Source of the DNA: an uncultured archaeon
GTDB taxonomy: Archaea > Asgardarchaeota > Lokiarchaeia > Sigyniarchaeales > SOKP01
NCBI GenBank assembly: GCA_964486045.1
Contig: CAZALK010000001.1
Span: forward strand, 872,242-936,241
DNA length: 64,000 nucleotides
Direction: 5' to 3'
Numbering within the stretch: position 1 is the first letter of the stretch; each line of letters opens with the position of its first letter. Shown one piece after another: positions 1-10,156 of the stretch. The position numbers and the translations under genes are program-made. The notes beneath the pieces were generated by a model. That model ran no database searches. It saw only the letters and a program-made list of their open reading frames with translations, and was not told the origin of the DNA.

Positions 1-364
1 TGCTTTTTAAAAGAAGTGAAATTTTTTTCCAACTAACTGCCTTTATTTTGTCTTTCAGTTTTGTATTACTTTTCTTGAAACAATAGATTATGAAACATAC
101 GTCTATTATAATAAAGGGTAAGTATATTGTAAAAAAATTAAATATCCGAAAAGAGTTTATGACAAATGAATAAATAATATGAAAACAAACTCCTAGAGCA
201 AAAGATATTAATACAAATGAAATCTTGTTTACTCTCTCGGGTTTTTTTTTACTAAAAATTATAAAACTAATCGAACCAAATATTGAAAATGTAATAAAAT
301 AAGTAACAAATAGGAGTAGTGCAACTATAAAATATACTTCAGAATAAAGTATATTTAAAATCAA
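1..364 (-). CDS. Partial polytopic membrane protein (runs off the left edge; not in the ORF track)
   Basis: Manual translation from TTG at 364 gives an open frame to base 1: MILNILYSEVYFIVALLLFVTYFITFSIFGSISFIIFSKKKPERVNKISFVLISFALGVCFHIIYSFVINSFRIFNFFTIYLPFIIIDVCFIIYCFKKSNTKLKDKIKAVSWKKISLLLKS. It has three hydrophobic segments separated by Lys-rich loops, and an in-frame TAA lies just upstream. Confidence 0.75.
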   Translation of the reverse strand, partial: MILNILYSEVYFIVALLLFVTYFITFSIFGSISFIIFSKKKPERVNKISFVLISFALGVCFHIIYSFVINSFRIFNFFTIYLPFIIIDVCFIIYCFKKSNTKLKDKIKAVSWKKISLLLKS

Positions 365-687
365 AACAAAACCACTTTTTATCCTATAATATTATAAGAA
401 GAAATTTAAAAGTTGTTATTGTGTGATTTAGTTGTCGCTTAAAATTTATCTGTTTTTAGAAAAAATAAGTTAAAGAATTAAATTATAGAATCTAATTCCT
501 TTTTACTACTATAATATAATAACTTTTAAAATCATAATAATTATTATATATTATTTAACGCGAGGCAGTGTAAAGTAAATTTACAATTAAAATGCTGGTT
601 ATATAAGTCAATAGTTATTGTAAGAAATTGTAAAAGAAAGCCAACTCTAATGGAAATGGAACAAGATAAGAAAGTGGCATATGAAAA

Positions 688-1422
688 ATGTTTATAAACT
701 CGCAGAATAAAAAAAAAATATTTGAAATTTTTTTTCTTCTAACAACCATATCCCTAACTTCAATTACTTTATTTCTTTTTAGTGAATAAAGGATAACTAG
801 TGAAGAAAAGAGTTATGATCCAGACTATTATATTCAATATTTAAGAACTATATCTGTACCTTTAACCGAAAACATTGTTGAGAATTTAAACAAGGCAATC
901 GTTTTAATGAATTTCACTCACTACTATATGACATTCAAGTCAGTTAATTTTAGCAAAAGAATCGATGTAATTGCTCTTATAGAAAATAGAGGAGGGCTTT
1001 GTAGTGAATATGCATCTCTCTTTGTTTCCCTCTGTATCTCGATTGGGATAAACGGAAGGAGGATAGGTTTATTTTTTGGTGAAGAGGGACACCAAATAAC
1101 AGAAATATATATAAATGGAAAATGGCAAGTTTTTGATCCGTTATATCACTATTATTTCAACAAGACTACACAAGAAATTGTCCATAATTATAATATCACT
1201 GAAAGGCAAATATTGTTTAATAATACCTATGATAATGTGCAAACTAAAAATGGGTTCCCAAGAATTACATATATTTATCTAGCAGATTATTATAGCAGCT
1301 TTCATTTAATAATTGAAAGTCCTTCAATTTTTAATAATGTTAATCCTGGAATATCCCAGATTTATAATGATGGTCAAAATCCTTTATTACTAATATTTAC
1401 TGATATAGATTGGTATGAATAA
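688..1422 (+). pseudogene. Transglutaminase-like (Cys-His-Asp) protein with N-terminal membrane anchor, interrupted by an in-frame TAA at 787-789
   Basis: ORF 907-1422 has GLCSEYASLF, GHQITEIY and WQVFDP (transglutaminase-like triad). The same frame upstream reads MFINSQNKKKIFEIFFLLTTISLTSITLFLFSE*RITSEEKSYDPDYY from ATG 688. Confidence 0.65.
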
Positions 1423-1559
1423 TAAAACTCTACTACGGTTTTAAAAGAATAGGAGATCTGGTGCGAATATTAAATTAGATTTTAAAAAATATTTCATTCA
1501 CTCTCTTCTACAACAATAGAGGATGATCAGAATAATTTTCAATACTTGAAGCCTTTTTC

Positions 1560-3086
1560 TTACTTCTGGTTCTTAGATTTATCTGAAAATTCATTTTTTA
1601 CTGATTCTGTATAACTCTTTAATTTCAAAATTTCAATGAAAAATGATAAATCTTCCCTCTTAAGTTCTTTAAAAACAATTAATAACCCAATAAAAATACC
1701 CATTGCTATAGTTGAAGATAATATTAATAATAAAATTTGATTGCCAAAAAATAGGTTATTAAGTAAATTTTTGATAAAGAATGCAACTATTATTGTCAGG
1801 ATTGCTAAAAAAAGCTGTAAAATCATCGTCTTTTGAGATTTTATGTTTAGAGTTTTTTTAATATAATAACGACAAAGGAAAGTCCAAAATATCCATGGAA
1901 TTGTTTGAGCTAAAGCATAACCCATTGCACCTAATCCTAGAGTTTTAACGAAAAATATTTCTTGTGGAATAAAGTAAAGCATTAAAATAATTAGTAGGAT
2001 AGAAACAAATGAATTCACACGAGCATTTAATTTTTGTTTTTTTCCTGCTACTAAGAGCCAACTATATGGTTGAGAGATGCCTATGAAATAAGGTATGAAT
2101 ATCATAATGTAAAGAATAGGAACAGCTTCAAGAAAGTTCGGTAATAAGATAACCATAATTAATTCCCCATTAAGGAGTATTATTATTATAATGAATAAGA
2201 ATAAGATTGAAGAGTATTTTTCAATGGTGTACAAAGTTGTTTTTATCGAAATAAAATCTTCCCTCTCAAAATCTTGCGCAAAGAGAGTTACATATATCGA
2301 ACTAATAGTTCCTGAGATTAATACTAAAATAGGTATTAAATAGATGTTAACACTGCTAAAATAACCAAGAGATTCATTACCAAACGAATAGTAGAGAATC
2401 AAATTTCCTAAGTAAGTTGCTATTACTGATACTACAGAAAAGAAAATTAAAGGTTTTGCATCTTTAATATAATTAAGCGCTAATATTTTGTTTGGTTTGT
2501 TAATTTTAATCTCATTTTTCGACAGATAAAATATTATTATTATAAAAAATATGTAAAATATGAAATTTGAAACGCTTAGATATAATATTGGATCAGAAAT
2601 ATGAGATATATTATATGCAAGATAAATTACTGAAAGGCTATAGCCAGTTAAAACGAAAAAATTAGGAATTTCAGCTTTGAAAATTTTAATCTTTATTCTT
2701 AGGTTAATTATAAATATATCCCCAATAACAAAGAAAATTTTAGAAAATAGTAAAAATAAGCTGAACGCAAGAAATACTGTACTCCATATTTGTAATATTG
2801 CGAGTAATCCTAATGTAACTATCACATTGATAATTAATAATACTACTTTAATCATAAAATAAGTCCCTATGTAATCTGAAATGTTTTCTTTACCGGAATA
2901 CTGATAATGAATCGAATTAAAACCGACATTTATAAATACAAAACCAAGATTAACAACAGTATTTAAAAAAATCCATGTTCCTACTGTAGCAATATCTAAT
3001 TTTGATAAAAGGATATATGAAGCAAATAGAAATAACAAATTCGAGCTTAATCCTGTAATTAGCGAAAAAATAAACTTTTCTTTCAA
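1560..3086 (-). CDS. Oligosaccharide flippase (Wzx/MOP superfamily)
   Basis: 508 aa with about 13-14 hydrophobic segments and a C-terminal LGAMGYALA pattern; lies in a glycosylation cluster. Confidence 0.8.
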   Translation of the reverse strand: MKEKFIFSLITGLSSNLLFLFASYILLSKLDIATVGTWIFLNTVVNLGFVFINVGFNSIHYQYSGKENISDYIGTYFMIKVVLLIINVIVTLGLLAILQIWSTVFLAFSLFLLFSKIFFVIGDIFIINLRIKIKIFKAEIPNFFVLTGYSLSVIYLAYNISHISDPILYLSVSNFIFYIFFIIIIFYLSKNEIKINKPNKILALNYIKDAKPLIFFSVVSVIATYLGNLILYYSFGNESLGYFSSVNIYLIPILVLISGTISSIYVTLFAQDFEREDFISIKTTLYTIEKYSSILFLFIIIIILLNGELIMVILLPNFLEAVPILYIMIFIPYFIGISQPYSWLLVAGKKQKLNARVNSFVSILLIILMLYFIPQEIFFVKTLGLGAMGYALAQTIPWIFWTFLCRYYIKKTLNIKSQKTMILQLFLAILTIIVAFFIKNLLNNLFFGNQILLLILSSTIAMGIFIGLLIVFKELKREDLSFFIEILKLKSYTESVKNEFSDKSKNQK

Positions 3087-3521
3087 ACTTTTAAACCTTA
3101 ATTTTAGGAGATTCTTGTTTTTTCTTAAACTTAAATATGTTAAATATTCACTTAATCATATTATAATTCTATGAAAAGAATAAAATTTTAATAAATTTTA
3201 TAAATTTAAACAATTCAAAAGATAAAGAACATTGATTGAATAATATAGGTTTTAAAATTGTAAATTACTAGCTATTAAAGGAGTTATTAAGTGGATTTAG
3301 ATCTGATCAATCTTATTTTTGAAAGATTAGGGAAAATAGTGAAAAAAAAGAATGATTTTCTGAAATCAACCATTCTTGTTATCATTAAAAAAAAATGAAA
3401 TTTAACAACCAGAAAGAATTTAAATTAATTTTTACTAAGCGAAAATAGTTATGTTGGAATACTAGTAGAATTTTCTTAATCTTTTATTAATCAAACCCAA
3501 AAAAAGGTATTAAATTAAAAT

Positions 3522-5369
3522 ATGTGTGGCATCTGTGGTTTTAATTGGGATAATAAGCTAAAATTAAGGGAGATGTTGGATTTAATCAAACACCGAGGTC
3601 CCGATGATGAAGGATACTACACAGACTCCCTTGCATCAATTGGGATACGGAGGCTTTCAATTATAGATTTAATTACGGGACATCAACCGCAGCATAATGA
3701 AAAGGAAGATATATGGATAGTTTTCAACGGAGAAATTTATAATTTTAAAGAAATAAGAGTAGATTTGGAGGGTAAAGGGCATACTTTCTATACTAAATCA
3801 GATACAGAAGTAATTATACATTCCTATGAAGAATGGGGAGAAGATTGTGTGAAAAAACTAAGGGGACAATTTGCGTTTTGTATTTTCGATTTAAATAAGA
3901 AAATTCTCTTCTTGGCTCGTGATCATATGGGATTAAAACCTCTTTATTATTACTTTGATGGAAATAAATTCATTTTTGGTTCAGAAATAAAAAGTATTCT
4001 TGCGCATAATATTGAAAGAGAATTAAATGAGAAAAGTTTTAGTTTATATATTTCCTTGAGATATATTCCCTTTAATTTAACGTTATTTAAAAATATACTA
4101 AAAGTACCTCCTTCGAGTTTTTTAATATTTGACTTAGTAAGTAAACATATTAGTATAAAATCATATTGGGATATTAATTTTAATATTAATCGAGATAAAT
4201 CTGTTTCTTATCTTGCAAATGAATTAAAAAATTTATTGGAAGAAAGTATAAAAATCAGACTAGTCAGTGATGTTCCTCTAGGAGCATTTTTATCAGGGGG
4301 TATTGATTCTTCAAGTGTCGTTGGCATTATGTCAAAATTAATGGATGACCCTGTCAAGACATTCTCAATATATTTCGAGGAAGGTGCTCCAATCAACGAA
4401 TTAAAATATTCTCGGCTAGTATCTGAATATTATGAAACAGATCACACAGAGATTGTAGTAAAGTCAACATCATTATGTGATTTATTACCAAAACTTATCT
4501 GGTATCATGACGATCTTGTCGCAGATGCTGCATTTATACCTGTTTATCTTATGGCAAAATACGCTAAAGAAAAAATGACGGTTGCATTAACTGGAGATGG
4601 CGCAGATGAGGTATTTGCGGGATATTCAATTTATTATCAAGCTGATTATTTAAGTTTTGCAAAATACATACCAAAAGAGGTATATAATCTATTATTGAAA
4701 TTTTATGATTTTATCCCATCTCAAACATTAAGAATGGCATTAGCTTATGCTAGTCAATCGAAAAATGAAGTAGATAAATATATGAGAAATATTTGTGAAC
4801 CAATCAACGAATTATCAAGAATTATTCCCTCTCAAACTTATAATGTACCTGAATTAATTAAAAAGACTTTTATAGAAACCTTAGACGTAATAAACCAATT
4901 TACTCGTTGGGATTTAAAACATCAGTTACCAAATCAATATAATATGAAAATTGATAAAATGAGTATGGCTTCTTCATTTGAAGCAAGAATTCCCTTTTTG
5001 GATAAAGAGATTGTCAGTTGGTCAGCCTCAATTCCTTCAGATTTAAAATTAAGGAATAATACTGAGAAGTATATTCTTAGACTAGCCATGAAAGATATAC
5101 TACCTCGTGAAATTTTACAAAGAAAGAAATTGGGATTTGGAACTCCTATTAATCTATGGTTAAAGACAGGTTTAAAAGAGATCTCAAGTCAATTATTAGA
5201 AAATTTAAAAAGGAGAAAAAATATCATTCAGAGTAAATACGTTAAGGGGGTCAAGAAAAATCTATTAAAAAAATTATTTTCCTCTCGAGCATGGAATCTT
5301 ATTATGTTTGAATTATGGTACGAGACATTTATAGAGAACGATGGATTAAATCCAATAAAACTATATTAA
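3522..5369 (+). CDS. asnB: Asparagine synthase (glutamine-hydrolysing) family amidotransferase
   Basis: N-terminal MCGICG, HRGPDD, RRLSIIDL, FNGEIYNF, LSGGIDSS, LTGDGADE, EARIPFLD. Confidence 0.93.
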   Translation: MCGICGFNWDNKLKLREMLDLIKHRGPDDEGYYTDSLASIGIRRLSIIDLITGHQPQHNEKEDIWIVFNGEIYNFKEIRVDLEGKGHTFYTKSDTEVIIHSYEEWGEDCVKKLRGQFAFCIFDLNKKILFLARDHMGLKPLYYYFDGNKFIFGSEIKSILAHNIERELNEKSFSLYISLRYIPFNLTLFKNILKVPPSSFLIFDLVSKHISIKSYWDINFNINRDKSVSYLANELKNLLEESIKIRLVSDVPLGAFLSGGIDSSSVVGIMSKLMDDPVKTFSIYFEEGAPINELKYSRLVSEYYETDHTEIVVKSTSLCDLLPKLIWYHDDLVADAAFIPVYLMAKYAKEKMTVALTGDGADEVFAGYSIYYQADYLSFAKYIPKEVYNLLLKFYDFIPSQTLRMALAYASQSKNEVDKYMRNICEPINELSRIIPSQTYNVPELIKKTFIETLDVINQFTRWDLKHQLPNQYNMKIDKMSMASSFEARIPFLDKEIVSWSASIPSDLKLRNNTEKYILRLAMKDILPREILQRKKLGFGTPINLWLKTGLKEISSQLLENLKRRKNIIQSKYVKGVKKNLLKKLFSSRAWNLIMFELWYETFIENDGLNPIKLY

Positions 5370-5518
5370 TTTTTATTAAAAATTTAAATCAACATAAAAT
5401 ATGATTTGTAATTTATTTTTATTCAATTTTAAATTACGACTTCATAGATATAGCATTAATTATTAAAAAAAATGATACATTTAAATTATCTCTTAAAATT
5501 TAAAAAACGGTATAGAAA

Positions 5519-6631
5519 TTGAAAATATGTATGCGATTAGGTTCCCATCCAAAATATAGTTCAGGTGGATCTGAGCGACAAATGGATTTAATTGGACAAT
5601 ATTTGATTAAAAAAAATGTTGATGTTCATTTTATTATAAATAAGATAACCGATACTCAAAAAAAATATGAAGTAATAAATGGGATAAAAGTTCATACAAT
5701 CGGAAGACTAAGAGATTATAAAACATATAAGAATAGAAAGAATTTCATACAAATAATTGATTCGACGGACTCAAGTCTTTTTTACAAACATTATTTCAAG
5801 TTTTCTTTTGATATATATCATTTGATGGGAGCGGACTTTATTACTGGAGTATGGGCTTTCTATTCACGAGTCCTTAAAAAGAAAAAAGTTATATTTACTG
5901 CAGCATCGATATCGGATTGCGAAAAAAATGGTTTTGAATGGAGTAAAATAACAAATCAAGTTTATAAATATGGTGTACAACATGCTGATCAAGTAGTAGT
6001 TTTAGCAGACTACATGAAAAAAGAAATGTATAAAAATTTTAATGTTAACTCCATTGTTATAAAGGCTGGGCATCCTATACCAAATGAAGAATTTAAAAAA
6101 GATGACCCTCCTATGATCTTATGGATTTCTAGGCTAAATAAATTGAAGTACCCCGATTTATTTATTAAAATATTTGAAGAATTAAAAGAGTTAAATGCAC
6201 AATTTGTTCTTATTGGCTCCGGTTATTACTTGAAAAATGAAATTATTAAATACTCGAAGAAGTATAGTAATTTTACATATATTCCAGGAGTTAAGCAATA
6301 CAAAGATAATGAATACTATGCTAAGGCTTCATTATTTATAAGTACTTCCTCTCTTGAAGGATTTCCAAACGCATTCATCCAAGCTTGGATATATAAAACC
6401 CCAGTAATGTCTCTAAATATAGATCCGGATGGAGTAATCTCTAAATATAATCTGGGATTCTATGCTCAAGGTAATTTTCAAAAACTAATTAATAATATTA
6501 AGGATTTAATTGAAAATCCGTCTAAAACAAGAGATATAGGTGAAAACTGTAGGGATTATGCTATTGCCAATCATGATATTGAACAAACTTCTAAACAATA
6601 TTATTTATTGTATAAAAAGCTATATTATTGA
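5519..6631 (+). CDS. Glycosyltransferase family 4
   Basis: GGSERQ at the N-terminus; TSSLEGFPNAFIQAW (EX7E-like motif, second Glu replaced by Gln). Confidence 0.88.
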   Translation: MKICMRLGSHPKYSSGGSERQMDLIGQYLIKKNVDVHFIINKITDTQKKYEVINGIKVHTIGRLRDYKTYKNRKNFIQIIDSTDSSLFYKHYFKFSFDIYHLMGADFITGVWAFYSRVLKKKKVIFTAASISDCEKNGFEWSKITNQVYKYGVQHADQVVVLADYMKKEMYKNFNVNSIVIKAGHPIPNEEFKKDDPPMILWISRLNKLKYPDLFIKIFEELKELNAQFVLIGSGYYLKNEIIKYSKKYSNFTYIPGVKQYKDNEYYAKASLFISTSSLEGFPNAFIQAWIYKTPVMSLNIDPDGVISKYNLGFYAQGNFQKLINNIKDLIENPSKTRDIGENCRDYAIANHDIEQTSKQYYLLYKKLYY

Positions 6632-6828
6632 TAAAATTAAATTCCAATTTATAAACTCGTTCCAGTATTATACCGAAAAAGAATATTAGGAATGTCTTTA
6701 TAGCCTAATTTTTTATAGTAAGTATAATCGTGTTTTAATCAGCTAATCAATAAATTATTTTAATGAGAAATCAATTTAATATCATAAAATTATCAATTTA
6801 TTTTATCTTTTAATAAAATTTTATATCC

Positions 6829-7662
6829 ATGAAAAATACCGAAGAATTTACAAAAAATCTAAAAAATAAAACGGATGGAATCTCATTCTCATTTGGAAAG
6901 AATTGGAAAAATTATATAAATTCATTAACTATTGAAAAAATCCAAATTGCTAAGCAAAGTTTAAAAGATTTTTTAGGTGATATTACAGGTAAGACTTGTA
7001 TAGATATTGGAAGTGGAAGTGGTCTATTTTCATATTCGATGTATGTTCTGGGAGCCAAAGAGATTATCAGCTTCGATTTGGACCCATTTTCAGTACAATG
7101 TTCCAATTTTTTAAGAAATAAAGTAAGAAATCCCGAAAGATGGAATATTTATCAAGGATCTATTTTAGAAAAAAAATTTATTTCGCAATTTGACAAATAT
7201 GATATCGTTTATTCATGGGGAGTTCTCCATCATACTGAAAATATGTGGGAAGCAATTAAAAATGCAGCATCGTTAGTAAAGGATGACGGAATTCTCTTCT
7301 TAGCAATATATAATAAAACTCCGGTCTCGAGATTCTGGTTAAGAATAAAGAGATTATATAACAAATCTCCAAAATTTGTTAAAATACTTATGGATTATTT
7401 GTATTTAAGTATCTTTCATTTTTGTTATCCTCTAATAACACTAAAGAATCCATTTAAATCGCTTAAAGAATATATAAAAAAAAGAGGTATGAATCCTTTA
7501 ATAGATATAAGAGATTGGCTGGGAGGGCTTCCATATGAATATGCTTCGGTTATTGAGGTCAGAAATTTCATACAAAATTTAAATTTAAATTTTGATTTGA
7601 TAAAATATACCGAAACGAAATTTGATGGAAATAACGAATTTTTATTTAAAAGAAAAAAGTAA
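6829..7662 (+). CDS. Class I SAM-dependent methyltransferase
   Basis: FSFGKNW, IDIGSGSG, YDIVYSWGVLHHT, DWLGGLPYE. Confidence 0.88.
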   Translation: MKNTEEFTKNLKNKTDGISFSFGKNWKNYINSLTIEKIQIAKQSLKDFLGDITGKTCIDIGSGSGLFSYSMYVLGAKEIISFDLDPFSVQCSNFLRNKVRNPERWNIYQGSILEKKFISQFDKYDIVYSWGVLHHTENMWEAIKNAASLVKDDGILFLAIYNKTPVSRFWLRIKRLYNKSPKFVKILMDYLYLSIFHFCYPLITLKNPFKSLKEYIKKRGMNPLIDIRDWLGGLPYEYASVIEVRNFIQNLNLNFDLIKYTETKFDGNNEFLFKRKK

Positions 7663-7692
7663 GTTCTTTAAGAAGAGAAAAAAATCATTAAA

Positions 7693-8859
7693 ATGAACAT
7701 TTTAATATATTCATATAATTTCCTCCCGAAAGATAAGGGAGGGATGGAGAAATATTTATTATCATTAGTACAAAGATTAAAAAAAAATCATAAAGTAATT
7801 TTAGTTTTACCTAATCGTCATAATATCTCTATAAATAATGTTAAAATATATAATATTCATAGTTTAAAAGTCAAATCTGATATTAAAAGTACATTAAGTA
7901 TTATTTCTTTTTTTTCAAGCTCTTTAAGTATTTTGTCTAGCTTTTTATCAACTTTCATTAAATTACCTCTTATATTAAAAAAGAATAAGATCGATATTGT
8001 TAATATATTTCAACCATCTACTAATGCTACAGCAGTAATTTCAATAGCTCGTCTTTTTAAAAAGAAATCTATAATAAATTTAAGAGGCTTAGAGGCCGAT
8101 ACTAATTTGATTTATCAATTATCATTAGATTCTACTTTTCTTTTTTCAAATATAATCCTAATAAATTCAAGAGATTTACTCAAGAGATATATTCAGGCAT
8201 CTTATCTTCCAAAATTCATATTTTCTAAAAAAAAATATTATTATCTTCCTAATGGGATTAATATTGACTATTGGAAACCAGATAAATCTGAAAAAATTAA
8301 TACAGAATCAGATTTAGTATTTGTAGGAAACCTTATTGATAAATCTCAAATAATAAATAAGGGAATTAAATTTTTATACGAAGCAATTAAAATTCTGAAA
8401 GAAAAAAATAATATAAATTTGAAAGTAGTGGTTATAGGACGTGCTAATATTCATTTATTAAAGAAAATGATCGCACCTGATATTGAAAAATATCTTGAAT
8501 TTTTTGGTTTCATAAAAAATTACAACACATTAAAAGCTAAAATTCAAAAGAGTAGAATATATGTATTACCATCCTTTTCCGAAGGAATGCCAAACAGTTT
8601 AATGGAAGCTATGGCTCTGGAGATGCCTTGTATTGCTAGCAATGTAGGAGGTGTACCTGAACTAATTGAACATAATGTTGATGGATTAATTTTTGAACCA
8701 AAAAATTCAAAAAAATTCGCAAATTTAATTCGATTATTACTTGAAGATGAAAATCTTCAAAAAAGATTAAGTATAAGTGCGAGGAAAAAAATGGTAAATA
8801 AGTTTAATTGGAATCAGATTATAAAAAAATTGGAAATCCTCTATGGGAAACTTTTATAA
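7693..8859 (+). CDS. Glycosyltransferase family 4
   Basis: GGMEKY; LPSFSEGMPNSLMEAMALEMPCIASNVGGVPE. Confidence 0.92.
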   Translation: MNILIYSYNFLPKDKGGMEKYLLSLVQRLKKNHKVILVLPNRHNISINNVKIYNIHSLKVKSDIKSTLSIISFFSSSLSILSSFLSTFIKLPLILKKNKIDIVNIFQPSTNATAVISIARLFKKKSIINLRGLEADTNLIYQLSLDSTFLFSNIILINSRDLLKRYIQASYLPKFIFSKKKYYYLPNGINIDYWKPDKSEKINTESDLVFVGNLIDKSQIINKGIKFLYEAIKILKEKNNINLKVVVIGRANIHLLKKMIAPDIEKYLEFFGFIKNYNTLKAKIQKSRIYVLPSFSEGMPNSLMEAMALEMPCIASNVGGVPELIEHNVDGLIFEPKNSKKFANLIRLLLEDENLQKRLSISARKKMVNKFNWNQIIKKLEILYGKLL

Positions 8860-8876
8860 GAGATAATTATCAACCT

Positions 8877-10064
8877 TCAATTTGAATATAACTTTATCCA
8901 TTTCTTTCCGATGACATTTATATCAAACTGGGTTTTTATTTTAGTTTTTGCTTTTTCCATCAAGTCTGATCGTTGTATTTTTGATAAATTAAAAAAAATT
9001 CCCAAATATTTTTCAATATTTACAATATCCCCCGGATTAACAACATATCCAGTATTCCCAATAATATTTTTAATTTCACCAACATTTGTACCTAAACAAG
9101 GGACATACGAAGCCATTGCTTCTAATATTACATTAGGGCTTCCCTCTACATAAGATGTAAGAGCAAGTAGATCTGCAATAGCTAATAATTCCTTAATATC
9201 CTCTCTCTTACCTAAAAATATTACATTTTCCTCTAAATTAAATTCTTTAATTTTATTTTTTAAAAGATCAGCATATTTTCCTTCTCCAACGAAAAGCAAT
9301 TTAAAACTCTCCACTTTCTTTTTTTCTTTTAAATTGTTTAAGAAATTATGAAATGCAATTAAAAAATCAATCATTCCTTGTACTTTTTGGAGAAAAATCA
9401 TATATCCAATATAAATAATGATTATATTATCTTTTTTTAAACAAAAATCAAGTTTTAAGTTTTGAATCAAAATATCTTTCTCTTCTTCAGACGATACATG
9501 AAAATAATCTGAATTTTCAATTGCATTTGGTATCCAACAAAGGTTTTTTAAATTAAACTTTTTCTTTAAGAAATTAACTATTTTTCTACTCATTAAAATA
9601 GTTTTTTTTGAGTTTGATGCAATAATTTTAAGATCTAAATTAAGCAAGAAGGGATATGGGTAATCTAAACCATGGATAGAATAAAAATATGGTATTTTAA
9701 ATATTTTTGAAAAAATGTAAGCAATTAATCCTGAAGGAGGTGGTGAATGAGCATGGATTATGTCGATTTGAAATCTCTTTTTAATTTTTATAACTTTTAA
9801 ATAACTATAAATAATAAATTTAAAAAAAAAAATCATACGCTTAATTAGTCCTGAACTAATTCTGGGAGCTTGAAAAGGTAAATAATGAATTTCAAAATTC
9901 TCATTGATTATCTTTTTTTTAATAGAAGAACTATTATTTGATTTACAAACAATATTAATAGTTTTAACCTTATTGTTAGAACAATATTTTGATAAAAGAT
10001 ATGACTGTTTAGCTGGTCCTCCGATATCTGGAAAAATTCTAGTGCTAATTCTTAAAATCTGCAT
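8877..10064 (-). CDS. Glycosyltransferase family 4
   Basis: PDIGGPA; DIIHAH; TSYVEGSPNVILEAMA. Confidence 0.92.
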   Translation of the reverse strand: MQILRISTRIFPDIGGPAKQSYLLSKYCSNNKVKTINIVCKSNNSSSIKKKIINENFEIHYLPFQAPRISSGLIKRMIFFFKFIIYSYLKVIKIKKRFQIDIIHAHSPPPSGLIAYIFSKIFKIPYFYSIHGLDYPYPFLLNLDLKIIASNSKKTILMSRKIVNFLKKKFNLKNLCWIPNAIENSDYFHVSSEEEKDILIQNLKLDFCLKKDNIIIIYIGYMIFLQKVQGMIDFLIAFHNFLNNLKEKKKVESFKLLFVGEGKYADLLKNKIKEFNLEENVIFLGKREDIKELLAIADLLALTSYVEGSPNVILEAMASYVPCLGTNVGEIKNIIGNTGYVVNPGDIVNIEKYLGIFFNLSKIQRSDLMEKAKTKIKTQFDINVIGKKWIKLYSN

Positions 10065-10156
10065 TATTTTAATTCAGAAAATTGTATTTCTTTATAAAAA
10101 AATTTTTTACTTAATTTTAATATAAATATTAACAATGTTAATTTATATTCTCACAT

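Noticed and set aside
787-789. Stop-codon recoding (Sec/Pyl or alternative code)
   Set aside because: The codon is TAA, which terminates many intact genes in this window; mutation or sequencing error is more parsimonious.
6650-6722. Minus-strand peptide YYKKLGYK resembling a GNAT C-terminal motif
   Set aside because: No start codon or further similarity; plausible by chance in AT-rich DNA.
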